In this document: positions 26,726 to 40,198 of the stretch, piece after piece
Layout: each line of letters starts with the position of its first letter
Numbering within the stretch: position 1 is the stretch's first letter
NCBI GenBank assembly: GCA_033442325.1
Contig: JAWQFM010000004.1
Location: 815,079-879,078 of the forward strand
DNA length: 64,000 nt
Source: Salpingoeca rosetta
Lineage: Eukaryota; Protista; Choanoflagellata
Direction: 5' to 3'
Position numbers and translations under genes: made by a program
The notes under the pieces: generated by a model
Database searches by the model: none
What the model saw: only the letters and a program-made list of their open reading frames with translations
What the model was told of the DNA's origin: nothing

Positions 26726-29700
26726 ATGCCTCCGGTAAGCCAGCACATAACACGTGCACATGCACTTGTGTATGTGTGTGTGTGCACGCACGTGTGTGAA
26801 TGCATGTATATGCGTTTTTACTCGTGGCTTTGGAATGACGCATACAAAGACCCACCTTCCTGCACCTGCTTCTCCATCACCATCGCGTGATCGTCCTTGA
26901 CACTGCCTCTCTTCCACCTGCCCGTCTCTCTTTCATCCTCTCATCTTCACACCTCACAACGCGGTCCTGTCAACCACACCTTCCACCCTCTCAACACCAC
27001 ACGCACAGCCCTTGAAGTGGGCAGGGTCCACGACCTCGATGGAGGGCCGCCTGATGGTTGCCGTGCACGAGGTGATTGAGCTGAACCTCCAGCCAAACGA
27101 GACACTGGGCCTGCGCGTGTCTGGCGGTACCGACACAGTGGACGAGGGTGAGGACCCCGGCCTGTTTGTGGAGGAAGTCCTGGAGGGCGCCGGCAGCCGC
27201 GACGGCCGCATCAAGGTCGACGACAAGATCATCGAGGTGAACGGCACGCGCCTTGGCGAGCGCACGCACGAGGAGTACATGGGCGTGCTCACGGAGGCCG
27301 TTGGTAGCCTGAACGTGGTGCTGCTCGTGAGCCGCATGCGCGAAGTTGGCTCCGTCTCCTGGGAGGAGTTCTTCGCGGGCCGATACGGCCACATGACCAC
27401 GCAGGGCCGGTACGCGTCAGGGTCCATTGCCTACGTCAGCGAGGGCTTTGGCGTCGTGGAGCTTGAGCAGAGCGCATCAGAGACGTTTGGTCTCGCGCTG
27501 GCCGGCGCCAAGAGCAAAGAGGAGGCACGTGTTGCTGCGGGTGTGTACATTGCCGCCATCCGCGCCGGTGGCCCCGCAGCCGCAGCGGCTATTGACGGCA
27601 CGCTGTCTCGCGGCCAGCAGATTGTGGAGATCAATGGGTGGGCGTGTGCGCGCGCCACCGTGGCGGAGGTGGAGCTGCTTCTCAACCGGTTTGCACGCGC
27701 CACCATCGTTGTGAAGGAGAACCCCGAGGGCTTCCTGCCGTTCTCCGACGAGAGCCTGAACCGGTATTACGCGCCGCTCACCGTCGACGGGCAGGAGGCG
27801 ACCACGGAGTCTCTTCGACAGGTCTCGCTGCCGTTTGACCCGACCGGCAACACGAAGCTTGGCCTGCGCATCATCGGCGTGCCGCCCAACACCAAGTTTG
27901 ATGCGCACGGCGTGTTTGTCAATGGCTGTGCACCGGGCACGGCCGCAGCCGACCGCCTCAACGTCGGCGACCAGATCATCGGTGGGATTGCTTGTGTGTG
28001 TGTAAATGTGTATGAATGTGTGTATGAATATGAACGTGTGAATATGTGTGCGTGTGTGCGTGTGTGTGTGTGTGTAACACATGTGTGTGCAACGCATGTG
28101 TGTGTAACACATGTGTGTGCAACGCATGTGTGTGAACATGTGAATATGCGTGTGTATGTGTATGAACATGTTTGTTTCTGTGGCGCGCATGTGTACGTAA
28201 CCCTGCGTGTGACTGCATGTGCCTCGATCTTCGTCCCGCGCCGTCCTTGCTCACCATGCCCCTCCCTCCCACACGTCTCCACCCCCGACCCCCTTCCTCT
28301 GTGATCCAGAGATCAACGGGTGCACGCTCGCTGGCGCCACGCACGACGTTGCCGCCAACACGCTGCGTGCGTCCAAGGGCACGGCCAAGCTGCTTGTGGT
28401 ACACAACGCCCCCGGCTACGAATACATGACGCGCATGGTCGAGGAGCACGAGCGCGAGCTTGACCAGGACCCGGACGCCCGCCGCCACATCAAGGATGTG
28501 CTCGTGCCAGACGTGCGCATCCCAGAGGTGCAGACGGTCCGCGACGCCGACGCGCAGGAAAACAAGGTGGTGGTGCGGGTGGCACGGCCCGTGGGCCAGC
28601 CAATTGGCGTCACCATCCACGTGCGGGAGGTGGCTGGGCGCCGCATCCCGCTCATCACCAACGTCAGCGCAGGCAGCGTGGCCGCCGACACGGGCAAGCT
28701 GCGCGTGGGGCAGCAAGTGTTCGCGCTCAACACCACCGCGCTCTCCGAAAACACACCGCACAGGGACATTGAGAACGTGCTTGCAGACACGTCACTGGAC
28801 CACATTGAGCTGACAGTCTCTGCAGAGCCCGTCGTGGACGTGAGCGAGCTGCTCGCCAACCTCATCCTCACCCACACGTCCACCGCCATCTCCCACCAGC
28901 ACGTGCGCCTGGTGCGCATCCCAGACAACATCAACGGGCTCGGCTTTGCCTTTGTTGGCCCGAGCGAGGAGAGCGGGCTGGCGCCGTTTGGTGCGTACGT
29001 GTCGCGCACGACCGTGGGTGAGCTCAACACGGGGGACCAGCTCCTGGCCGTCTCCTCCAACAACCACGGCAAGTTTGAGTGCTTGTTTGACTGCTCATAC
29101 AAGAAGGCCATGTCGCTGCTGATGCGGGCGAAGATGGCGCGGGAGACATACCTCGTCGTGTGCTCCAACCCGGAGGGGTACGCGTTCTTCTCTGCAATGA
29201 CGACCAACAGCGTGGACCTGGAGCAGGTGCTGCCGCCGCCCATCTCACCCCGCGCCGCCGTCGCCGCCGTCAGGGAGTCGGTCGCCGCTGAACACCAGCG
29301 CAGACAGCAGCAGCAGCAGCATCAGCAGCAGCAGCAAGGGGAGGAGAAGCAGGATACAGAGAAGGGACAGGAGCGCATCGATGGTGAGAGTGGGGAGCAA
29401 CGTCAGGGTGAGGGCGGCCATGCACAGGCGGAATCAACAGAGGTCCAAGGCGAGCAAGGCGAGGGTGTTGCCGCAGCTACTTCTGACAAGAGTGCAGAGC
29501 AGCCAGCGGGTGTCGAATCGCAACCCGCCACAGCCGCTGTGAACGCCACGACAGACTCCGCCACCGCTGCTGGCCCGGCACACACGGCCAACGCCAGCAT
29601 GACGGCGCCGCCGCAGCGCTCGTCCTTCTTCACCGTCACAGAGGCGCCCTTCCACGTGCGGGCGCACTTTGCGTGGGTGCCGCAGAACGAGACGCAGCTT

Positions 29701-29966
29701 GGGTTTGCCGAGCGCGACGTGCTGCGTGTCGAAGAGCTTCTCTCTGGCGACTTTTGGGTGGCCACACACCTTGGCACGGGCGCACGGGGCCAGATCCCGT
29801 CTGCCGCGTACTACGAGGAGTTTTTCAAGGCGACACCGCTGTGGCAGCAGAAGCTGCACATTGCGCAGACGATTGACCAGACCATGCGCGACGCCGACGA
29901 GGCGGTTAGTTTGTTTTGTTATTGTGTGTTGGAGGGGGGAGCGAGGATGGGCTCTCTTGCTTGTGT

Positions 29967-30014
<48 letters not shown>

Positions 30015-31087
30015 GCGTTGTTTTGTTTGTGTGCTTCGATGGCGAGGTGCGCATTCGGAACCCCGCAATGCTCTTTAACACCGACATGTCATGCACACAT
30101 GCGCACATGCGCACATCTTGACCAGACGCGCAAGGAGGCGCGCGACGACGTGCTGACGGTGCACTCGTACACGGTGGTGGAGTGGCAGCAGCTCGAAGGG
30201 GCCGTGCGCCCGCTGGCCGTGTTTGGCATGGAGGCTCACAAGGTGATGGTGGGCGCAATGCACCTCCTCCCAGACATGGCCATTGCCACGCCGCTGCGCT
30301 GCACAAGCCGCCCCATGCGTGACGGCGAGACAAACGGGCAGGAGTACGAGTTTGTCTCGCGCGAGGAAATGGAGCGCCGTCTTGCTGCGAAAGAACTCAT
30401 TGAAGTCGGCAGCTTCAAGGTCCGGCAGTTGTGGGCGTTGCCTTATTGCTGGTGTGCTTGTGAACTTGGTTGTGTGTGCACGCATGTGTGCGTGTGTGTG
30501 TGTGCACGTACGTGCGTGCATGTGTGTGTGTGTGTGTACGCGTGTGTGCACGTGTGTGCGTGTGTATGTGCTAACTTGTGCGCGCAGACATTACAAATCA
30601 CACGCTGCCTCTTCCAGATCCACCGCGCTTGCCTCACACACGCACACACACACAACACATGCTCTGCAATTTTACACCTACCCCCTTGCTACTCTCCCCT
30701 CTCTACCCCAGGGCAACCTGTATGGCACGACCATCGAGGCTGTTGCAGCCCCTGCGCGTGACGGCAAGCTCGTGCTGATGCAGTGCCACCCACCGGCCAT
30801 TCGTCGCCTGCAGCTCCTGGGCGACATCCACCCGATTGTCGCCTTTGTTGCGCCCGCACCGGAGCGCCTGCAGACACGGGCGGACGGCAGCGCCATCGAC
30901 GAAGCCGCGCAGGCTGCGGCGTGGGAGCAGGTTGAGCACGGCCACACGTTTACACACGTGCTGCAGGAGGGACCCGTGCCCGCACTTGCCCAGCAGGTGG
31001 CAGCCATTGTGAGCGAGGAGGCGAGAGCCGAGGGGCTCTGGGCCGCTGTTCCCGCCCTTCTTCCACGCGCACCGGTGCGTGTCTCGT

Positions 31088-31158
<71 letters not shown>

Positions 31159-32866
31159 AATCTGGTGCATTTTGTGTTTTGTTAACCAACTGTGTCTCCG
31201 CCATCAGTGCTTGATGTCCTGACTTTGTGGTGTTCACTTATTTGTGTCGCATTTATCAAGTCATATGCATCCTTCACTCACCCCTCACTCACGCTTACAC
31301 ACCTCTTGACTGGCCCGCCAGCTGTCGCAGGCCGCATCACCATCCAAGATGTCGCTTGGTCTGACAACGGCCCCGGCAACGCTGGGCAACACGTCCATGA
31401 CAGCTACCAACGCGGTTGACACGAGTACCGCTGCTGCTGCCGCTGGCGCGACTGAAGAGGACGAGTCACTCGCCATGTACTCGCAGTCGACCCAGCTCAA
31501 GTGCGACTTTGAGACGGTCGTGGTGCAGCGGCTCGGCAAGCACAAGTACGGCTTCAAGCTCGTGGCTGATGACGAGACTGGTGTGCCGACTGTTGCGCCC
31601 GGCGACGACATTGTGTATGTCAACGGGTCCTTTGGTGCCGGCGCCCGCGTCCTCTGCGTCGGCGGCCAGAACGTCATTGCAGAATCCTCATCGAAGGTGC
31701 GCGCACGCCTTTCGTGTGTCGATATGTGACCTTGTGTCGTTTTGCGTGTGTGCGTGTGTGTGCACGTGTGTGTGTATGTGTGTGTGCACGTGTATGTTCG
31801 TCCAAGAGCATCTTCTTTCTTGCATCAAGTACAACTCACTTTTGTCCATGCAACACAACCCCCCCCTTCACTTCTTTCTCTCCCTTTCTATGTTCGCGCT
31901 GTAGCTGAAGGATGCGGTGAAGAAGAACACGGAGACGCTGAGCGTGGTCCTGTTCCCGCGGCACCTCAACGTGCGCGCCGTCAAGCTGAAGAAGCGCAAC
32001 AACACGTTTGGCCTCAAGATGTCCACGCCCGAGGGCTTCCCCGCCACCATCATCACAGGCGTGCCGCAGGAAAACATTGTCCGCGAGGGCTCATGCAGGC
32101 GCGGCGACGCCATCGTGGCCGTGAGTTGTGTATGCGTGTGTGTGCGCGCAAATGTGTGTGTGTGTGTGTGTGCTTGCGCTTGAAGATTCGCGCGTGTGAA
32201 AATGTGTTTGTACCCTCTGTTTGTGCGTGCGCTGCAACTCGCGTGTGAACTGATTCACCGCGCTCCTGTCTTCGTGTTTGCTTTGTGCGGTGCTGCCAGG
32301 TTAACGGCGCGCCGATGCTGCGCTGCTCGCTGGAGGAGGTCACGTCCGCGTTCACACAGCAGAAAACAGCGCGCATCGCCGTTGCAGACGCTGATGACGT
32401 CATGGTGCGAACATCCCATCCCGCCTTGTGCATTCGTGTGCGAACCACTTGTCTGTTTGAAGCGTGCTTGCAGCCTCGACCACGGCCTGAGGGCCTCGAT
32501 TGCGCGTCATTCCCCTGCATACAACAAACCTGAGCATGCACACGCACATCACACACGCACGCGCGTGCACTGAGCTGTCGTCTCTTTCCTCACCCTCGCG
32601 TCCCCACTTGGCTCCATTCTTCATAACAGCTGACGTCCTCTGGGACGAGCCGGCGGGTTGAGCTGCGGCGCTTTCAGACCAATTATGGCCTGGAGATTGC
32701 CATGCTCGACGACCTACCCGTGGTCCTGCGCATTACCGCAGCCACCGTCGCAGCCGCATCCGACCTCAACGTCGGCGACGCCATCTACAAGGTGCTGCAC
32801 CGCCACCCACACAGACGACGCATTGTGGCGTGCACGAAGAGAGAGAGAAAGGGCTTGTGTGTGTTT

Positions 32867-32937
<71 letters not shown>

Positions 32938-35900
32938 CTTGCCCAGTGACAATGCAGGCTTCGTCATCACGTCATCGTTCAACCACACGTATTGCCCCCC
33001 CCCCCCCACTTCGCCACCCCCATCCCCCATCACCCCATCTCCTCCCTGTGTGACTGTAGATCAACGGCATGACGACGCGCAACGCCTCGTACGACACAAT
33101 TATGTCGACGGTGCGCACCAGCGCCACGCTCGACCTCGTTGTCGACAAGTGTCCGCGATTCGCCAGGCGCGAGGTGACGGTTGAGCGCTCCGCCACCGCT
33201 GGCTACGGCATGCATGTGCAGACGACGTTTGGGTACTGCCCTGTTGTGACGCGCGTGGTTGAGGGCAGCCCTGCGGCGACAGGCAACGCCATCCTCCCCG
33301 GCGACGAAATCGTGGAGGTGCGCAGAAGCTGGTGGTGATTGCGGTGGTTGGCTGCGGTGGTGATCGACGAAGTTGTGGTGGTGTTGATCGTGTGGACAGC
33401 ACCCCTCTCTCTCTGCGAGACAATTATCAAGTGGTCATTCACACACACACACACACACCTACACACACACACACATACGCACGCACATACGCACGCACAT
33501 ACGCACGCACACACGCACACGCACCCGTACGTACAGATCAACGGTACGGCCACGCAGGGCAAGATGCACGAGGAAGTGGTTGCAATGCTCTCCCGCGCCA
33601 CCACGGCCAAGCTGTCCCTGCGCCATCCCACCACGCCCACCGCCGCCCCCATGGCGCCGGCGATCGTGCCCGCAGCAGCAACAGCCTCTGAGCAGCAGCA
33701 GCCGACTAAGGAGGAAGAGACGAACAACGATGCGCAGCAGCAAGAAGAGACGCACCAGCAGCCACCGAAGCAGCAAGTTGAGGTGCAAGACGCAAGCGTG
33801 AAGAGCTTCAGTAACGCGCGCAAGGTTGTGTTCCGTGGCGCCTCTGTGTCGCGTCTTGGCCTCAGGTTCCAGCGCGTGGAGGGCGATGCGTTCTTCAAGG
33901 TGGCGGAGGTGCTTGACGGCGGGCTCGCCAAGGAATCTGGTGCCATCAGCCCCGGTGACGCCGTCGCAGAGGTGCGCATGAAGGGGGCGAAGAGGGGGTG
34001 GGGATGGTAGTTTGATGCTCGCAGGTGCGTGAGTTTTTGGGAGCGTGTGTGTTGGCGTGGTTTTGACGTGTGATGACAGTGATGAAGATGTTGCGACAGT
34101 TGAGATTGATGCGTTCCACTTCTGTGGTTCAGCTCATTGCTATTTGCGGGTGAACACCACACTTCAACATACATATCGCTGTCACCCTGTGCCAGGTAAA
34201 CGGCATTGCGTTCAACACGCGCGAGGGACTGGCCCGCGCCCTCAGTGCTGCGGAGGACACCGTCTCCATTGTTGTCGGCACACCACGACAGGAACAAGCA
34301 GGCGCCGTGAGTTGCTACATATGTTCGTGTGGGGCTGCATGCAAGTGCGTGGTGGCGTGCTGCAATGTTGATGACCATTATCGCTCCTCTCCTCGCTCAC
34401 ATACCCCTATCATGCTTCTCGATCTGCCCTCCTCGTGCGTGTTTGCGCTTGAGCAGCGCGTTGTGCTCGATACGCACAGCGAGCGGCTTGGCCTGAAGAT
34501 TGTGTGTGTGCAGGACTCGTTCCCCATTGTTTCGGTAGTTGATGCTGACGGCGCCGCCGCCAAGGAGCCCGCACTCGTCCCCGGCGTCACCATCCTCAAG
34601 GTGCACACGAATCACAGGCACTGCTCTCGAGATGACACGTGCATGGTTGTTTGCCATGTGGCGTCGATTAGACGCCTAATGCGTGCATACTCGTGTTTGT
34701 TATCTGCCATGTAAATCTGACTTCCAACTCACGTCATTGGCCGCCTGTTCACCCTCCCCAAACACAACTATCACATCATCGTCATGTCCCCCACCCACCC
34801 CTTGTTGCGTTACGCAGGTGAACGGCCGGGATATGCATGGTGCGACGAGTGAGGACCTGCGGGCAGCGTTGGCTGCCTCGTCCCTCATTGAACTCGTCCT
34901 CGGCGATCGCGTATCGCTCCCTCAACCGCCACAGGAGCAGGAGCAGCAACAGGGGGAGGGCTCACAGGGTGGAGGTACCAACCTGCACCCCATTCGCATT
35001 GCGCGCATTACGCCTGTGGAGGGCGAGAGCCTCGGCATTGCCATCCGCACGCACGAGGGTACTGACCTGTGCCCCGTTGTTCCGGCCATCATCGCTGGCT
35101 CCCTCGCAGAGAAGGAGGGCACAATCACGGCTGGCGACGAAATTGTCACCGTGCGTCTGCATACTTGCGCGCGTGTGTGTGCGTGTGTGTGTGTGTGTGT
35201 GTCTGTGTGTCTGTGTGTCTGTGTGTCTGTGCGCGTGTGTGTACGCAAGTGGTTGTCATTTTCGTTTCCTTCTTTATCGCTCTCATCCCTTCTATGTCTC
35301 TTTGCCGCACCAGATCAACGGCACACCTACGAGCGGCCTGACCCATGAGGGCGTGGTTGCGCTGCTCAAGCAGCCACGTGACGTCATCGAGATTGGTGTG
35401 CGCCAGTCCCTGCAGGCGGTGCGTTGACCAATGTGCTCATTCATGTGTTGATTCCGCTTCTGTTTCGTTTCTTCCTGTCATGCTCGTCTTTGACGATCAC
35501 ACTCATCTTGTACTGTCATGCTGGGACTGTTCTCTGCCGTCGCGTCACCGTTTACGATGTGTTTCACACTGTCGTCAACTCCTCGCTCCTCCCCTTCTTC
35601 TTTCTGGTTTTCAGCTTGAGCCGTTTGAGGCTGCACAGAGCAATGTCGTGCGCCTGGAGAAGTCTGGTGGTGCCTTTGGCCTCAACCTCATCACCGCCGA
35701 GCGCGTGCCCGCGGTTGTGGTCGGTATTGCCCCTAACAGCGCAGCGCAGCACTCAAATGCATTTGCCGTTGGTGACGTCATCATGAAGGTGCGTGCGTGT
35801 GTGCGTGTGTGTGTGTGTGCGTGCGTGTGTGCGTGCGTGTGAGTGTGGGTGTGTGTGTGTGCGTGTGTGTGTATGTGTGTGTATGTGCGTGGTTGTTTGC

Positions 35901-37211
35901 GTGCACATGCGCGTTGGAATCGTCCCTGCCTTGCAAGGTGGTGGAGACTCTTTAGGCATGCCCGCTGCGCATGTGCTTGTGCTTGTCACCGAGCACCCCA
36001 ATAATTTCCCTCTCGCCAATCGTGTATTCTCACTCACCGTTTGCATACTTTCCATGATTCACGTCCCACCCCTCTTCCTCTTGGCGCTGCAGATCAATGG
36101 CGAGTCCACAGTCGACCTGACTCACGACGAGCTCGTCAGCATCTTCCGCTCCTCCGACATGGTTGAGCTTGAGTCTGCGCCGCGTGAGGACGGTGAGGTG
36201 AAGGCTGTGGAGGCGACGCGCGGGCCCAGCGGCCTTGGCCTGGTCATCAAGTCGGATGATCGCGGTAACTCGTTTATCACCAAGGTCGCAGAGGGCTCAC
36301 CTGCCGCAGACGCTGGCGTCCCCCTCTTTGCCAAGATCCTGGCGGTGCGTTACAGTGTGCATGTGTGTGCGCATGTATGTGTGTGCATGTGTGCGTGCGT
36401 GTTTGCATGTGTGTGCGTGCGTGTTTGCATGTGTGCGCATGTGTATATGTGCACATGTTTGTGTGTGTGGATGTATGTGCTTAAATATGTGTGCGCGCTC
36501 TTGTTCTTGGGTACAATGCTGACAATCCGCGCACTGCCACTTAACATCCTTCCCTTTTCCCCTTCCCAACTGCAGGTGAACAACTCGCCTGTGATTGGTC
36601 TGTCACATGACGATGTTGTGGCGCACCTTCGCGCCACCACCGTCTCCCTGCTCCTCCGCTGTCCCGCCGGTCCCGTCACCGCTGACATGTACGTGCGCTC
36701 TGTACGAGCTCTGATTGTATAGTTATTTTGTGCGTGTGGTGTTGATAAACCCAGGCCATGCATGCCTTAACCTCTTCATACCTTTCAGCTCACAGTATTC
36801 GCCCTTGCGTTTTCACTGTGCTTCATCGCTGTCACGTACAGGTTTGACATGAGGATGGACCAACCAGCAGTACCACCGTCAGCATCGCAGCAGCAGGCGG
36901 CGGCAGCGCAGGGCGAGGCAACCCAAACAGCAGCAGCGGCAGATAAAGAGGAGGATTCGTCCACTGCCGCGCCGCCCTCGTATGACGACGTTGGTGGCGG
37001 CGATGAGGGTGACGCAAACACCCGGGTTGTGACGCTCACGCGTGGCGAGCGAGGCTACGGCTTCCGGCTCATCACCAACGAGGACCACGCGTCGCCGATT
37101 GTGATTGAGGCGCTGCCAAACACGCCCGCCACCAACGTCCTCCGTCCCGGCGACGCAATCCTATCCGTGAGTTGACCAGCGAGAGCGAGAGATGGTGATG
37201 GTGATGATGCG

Positions 37212-37253
<42 letters not shown>

Positions 37254-38736
37254 CGCGTGTGTGTATGTGTATGTGTGTGTGTGCGTGCGTGTGCGTGTGT
37301 GTGTGTGTGTGTTCCGTGCAGCAATAGTCTCGCTTCTCACACCACTTCACCCGCGCTTCAGATCAACGGCACGTCAACTGCGAATCTGACACACGAGGAA
37401 GTGCTTGCGCTGATCCAGAGTGCCGGCAGCATCAACCTGCGCGTCAGGCACGACGGCGACGTCTTCTTCAACCTCCTCCAAAACTCTCGCCAGCACGAAC
37501 TCGGCACCCCCGTGCCAGGTGCTGTGTGTGGGTGTTACATCTGTCTGTGTGTTCGCGCTCACTGTGTCGCTCTGCATGTGTGTCAGCATATGCGTGCACG
37601 TCACAAGTGCTGCGGTCTTGCCTTTTGCCCCCCCCCCCCACAACCAACCCTCGACCGCTCAAACCTGTTTCCATCTTTCTTTTCTTTTTTTTTTTTTCCT
37701 TCTTCTTCTTCTTCCCTTCACACCATGCCCTCGCCCCCCCCCCCCATATGCCAATCCGCAACCAATGCAGGTCTCTCCAAGGGCACGCAGACGACGGTGC
37801 TGAAACGTGGTGGTGGCGGTTACGGCCTGCGCATCGAGACGCTGGAGGGTCTTCGCCACATCATTGTGGAGGTGATCCCTGGCGGCGCCGCTGCGGACTC
37901 AAAGCAGGTACACGTCGGGCAGGAGATTCTTGAGATCAATGGTCAGGCTGCTCGCGGCGTGGAGCACAACGGCGTGGTCAGCATGCTGGCGTCCACGGAC
38001 GAGGCGCACGTTAAGCTGACCCTGCCGCCGCAGCTTGGGGACTGCACCCTCGTGCGGCTTCGTCGCGACGACAACGGGAGTCTTGGCCTGAGGCTGCAGA
38101 TGCCGCAGCAGGAGTCGCCGCTGTCGTACCCGATCATCTCCCACGTTGGCGAGCACAACGCCGCGCACCTGCAGCCGGGCGACTTCATCATCCGCGTCAA
38201 CGGCGCCAGCGTGATGGGCAAGCCGCTCGAGGAATTCGCACCCGCGTTCCTGTCTGACCCGGTCGTTGTGGACGTGTACCGCCCGGCGCCGGGCACCGAC
38301 GCCACCGCCGCATCGCCAGAGGCACCGGCCACGACGACAGCGGCGACGGCAGCAGCACAGGACGCGGCCACACCAGCGCAGGAGGCTGGAGAAACGCCGG
38401 CTGACAGCGGTGCTCAATCACAACTGCAGTCGTACACCAGCGAGCAGACGCAGGCACAGGCTTCTGCTGCGACAGCAAACACGCCGGCCACCGAGCAAGC
38501 GCCAGCACAGCAGCAGCAGCAGCAGTCACCGCAGGAGGAGGGTGACGGGCAAGGGGCCCGCAAGACTGTGATACTGCAGCGCACGTCGACTGGGTTTGGG
38601 CTGCAGATTGCCTCACCAAACGAGGAAGGCCCGCACTACCACCAGATTACGCTCGTGCTGCCCACTGCCCGCGTTGTCAGCGGCACCGTTGAGGCGGGCG
38701 ACATCATCGAGCAGGTGGGTCGTGGGCATGTGTGCG

Positions 38737-38772
<36 letters not shown>

Positions 38773-39172
38773 TGTTTGGTGTGTATTGGTATGTTGACTT
38801 GTGTATGTTTAATTGTGTGCGTGAGTGTGCGTGTGTGTGAGTTTCACGATTTGTGCGGTTTTCCAACACATTTCTTCATCCATTCATCACACTTTCATGG
38901 TTCCCTCCTCCTCCCAACAGATCAACGGCGAGGATGTGACTGCGCGCACACACGAGCAGCTTGTGGACATTCTCTCTGGGCAGTCCATGCTGGAGATGGT
39001 GGTACGCAAGCCATCGCCGGAGCAGGCGCAGCTGGCAGAGCCCGTGCAGGCGTTCCAGCAGCTGATGACCCGTACCCAGCAGCAGCCGAACGGCCACGCC
39101 GCTGGTGTTGGTGAGCAGGCCGAGGCACAGGCTGGCACCACAGCTGAGACCGCTCCCGAACAACAACCACAG

Positions 39173-39206
<34 letters not shown>

Positions 39207-40198
39207 AAACTGGCACAGAGCAAGGCGAGGACAAGGGCTATCAGTCACAGTCGGCGGCTGGACGTGCAACGGCTGATACCGGAGCCAACGCAGTTCAACA
39301 GCAGCAGCAGCAGCAGCAGCAGCATGATGCTGATGAGGAGGCCACGGCAGATGCCGGTGATGTGTCTGAACCAACTCCGCAGATTGTCGAAGATGATGCC
39401 ACAGCTCCTCCCGCCCCACCAGCTCGCCGCACGGTGACCGTTGCGAAGAACGAGCGTGGACTTGGGATGAAGTTTCTTGGCCTCGGACAGGGCCTCGGCG
39501 TCATTGTAACCGCCCTCATGCCCGACACACCTGCACACGCATGTCCTGACCTCAACATCTACGACACCATCTGCAAAGTGTGTTTGCCTGCGATGGGGTT
39601 GCTTTTGTGTGTGTGTGTGTGTGTGTGTCTGCGTGTGTGTGTGTGTGTGTGCGTGTGTGTGTGTACGTATGTGTGTGTGTGTGTGTGTGTGTGTGCGTAT
39701 GTGTGTGTATGTGTTTTGCTTGCAATAGGATTGCATTCTTGCGTGAGTGTGCGTGTCTGTTTGTGTATCACCCACACCCTCATGCCGTCCTTTCAAACCC
39801 CCGCTCCCGTGCAGATCAACGGTACGGATGTGCTTGACCTTGAGCACGATGCTGTGCGCGACATTCTTGTGAGCGGCTCCTCCTTTGAGCTTGAGGTGCT
39901 GCCTGCGCCCGCCGCCAAGGTCGCCATCCTCGTCCGCGAGTCCAAGGATGACCCGCTCGGCGTTGCCGTTGTCGACGACGACCACCACCGCGTGCGCGTG
40001 GCCAACGTGTCTGAGGCGGCGCGGTTTGCAGACGCGCAGCTGGAGCCCGGCGAGGAGATTGTGAGCGTCAACCACAGGGACGTGCGGACAATGTCTGCCA
40101 TGCAAGTTGGCGTGTTTATGCGCACGGCATCGGACGTGCTCGTCATTGCGGCCAACCCATGCGCTGACCCGCTGCCAGAGCACGAGACAACCGCTTAG
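26726..40198 (+). CDS. DLG-type MAGUK scaffold: 5 PDZ - SH3 - guanylate-kinase-like - 15 PDZ (20 PDZ total)
   Basis: Probable first exon ATG CCT CCG|gtaagc (26726-26734) splices in frame to 27009. PDZ loops (LGLRV, FGLAL, LGLRI, IGVTI, LGFAF, ...) pair with D-x-I-x-x-I/V-N-G motifs. SH3 FHVRAHFAW...LGFAERDVL...FW...GQIPS at ~29650-29810. GK RPLAVFG...TSRPMRDGETNGQEYEFVSREEM...GNLYGTT at ~30205-31040. A phase-0 intron 31075-31330 links GK to the downstream PDZ array. Ends ...HETTA*. Confidence 0.85.
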
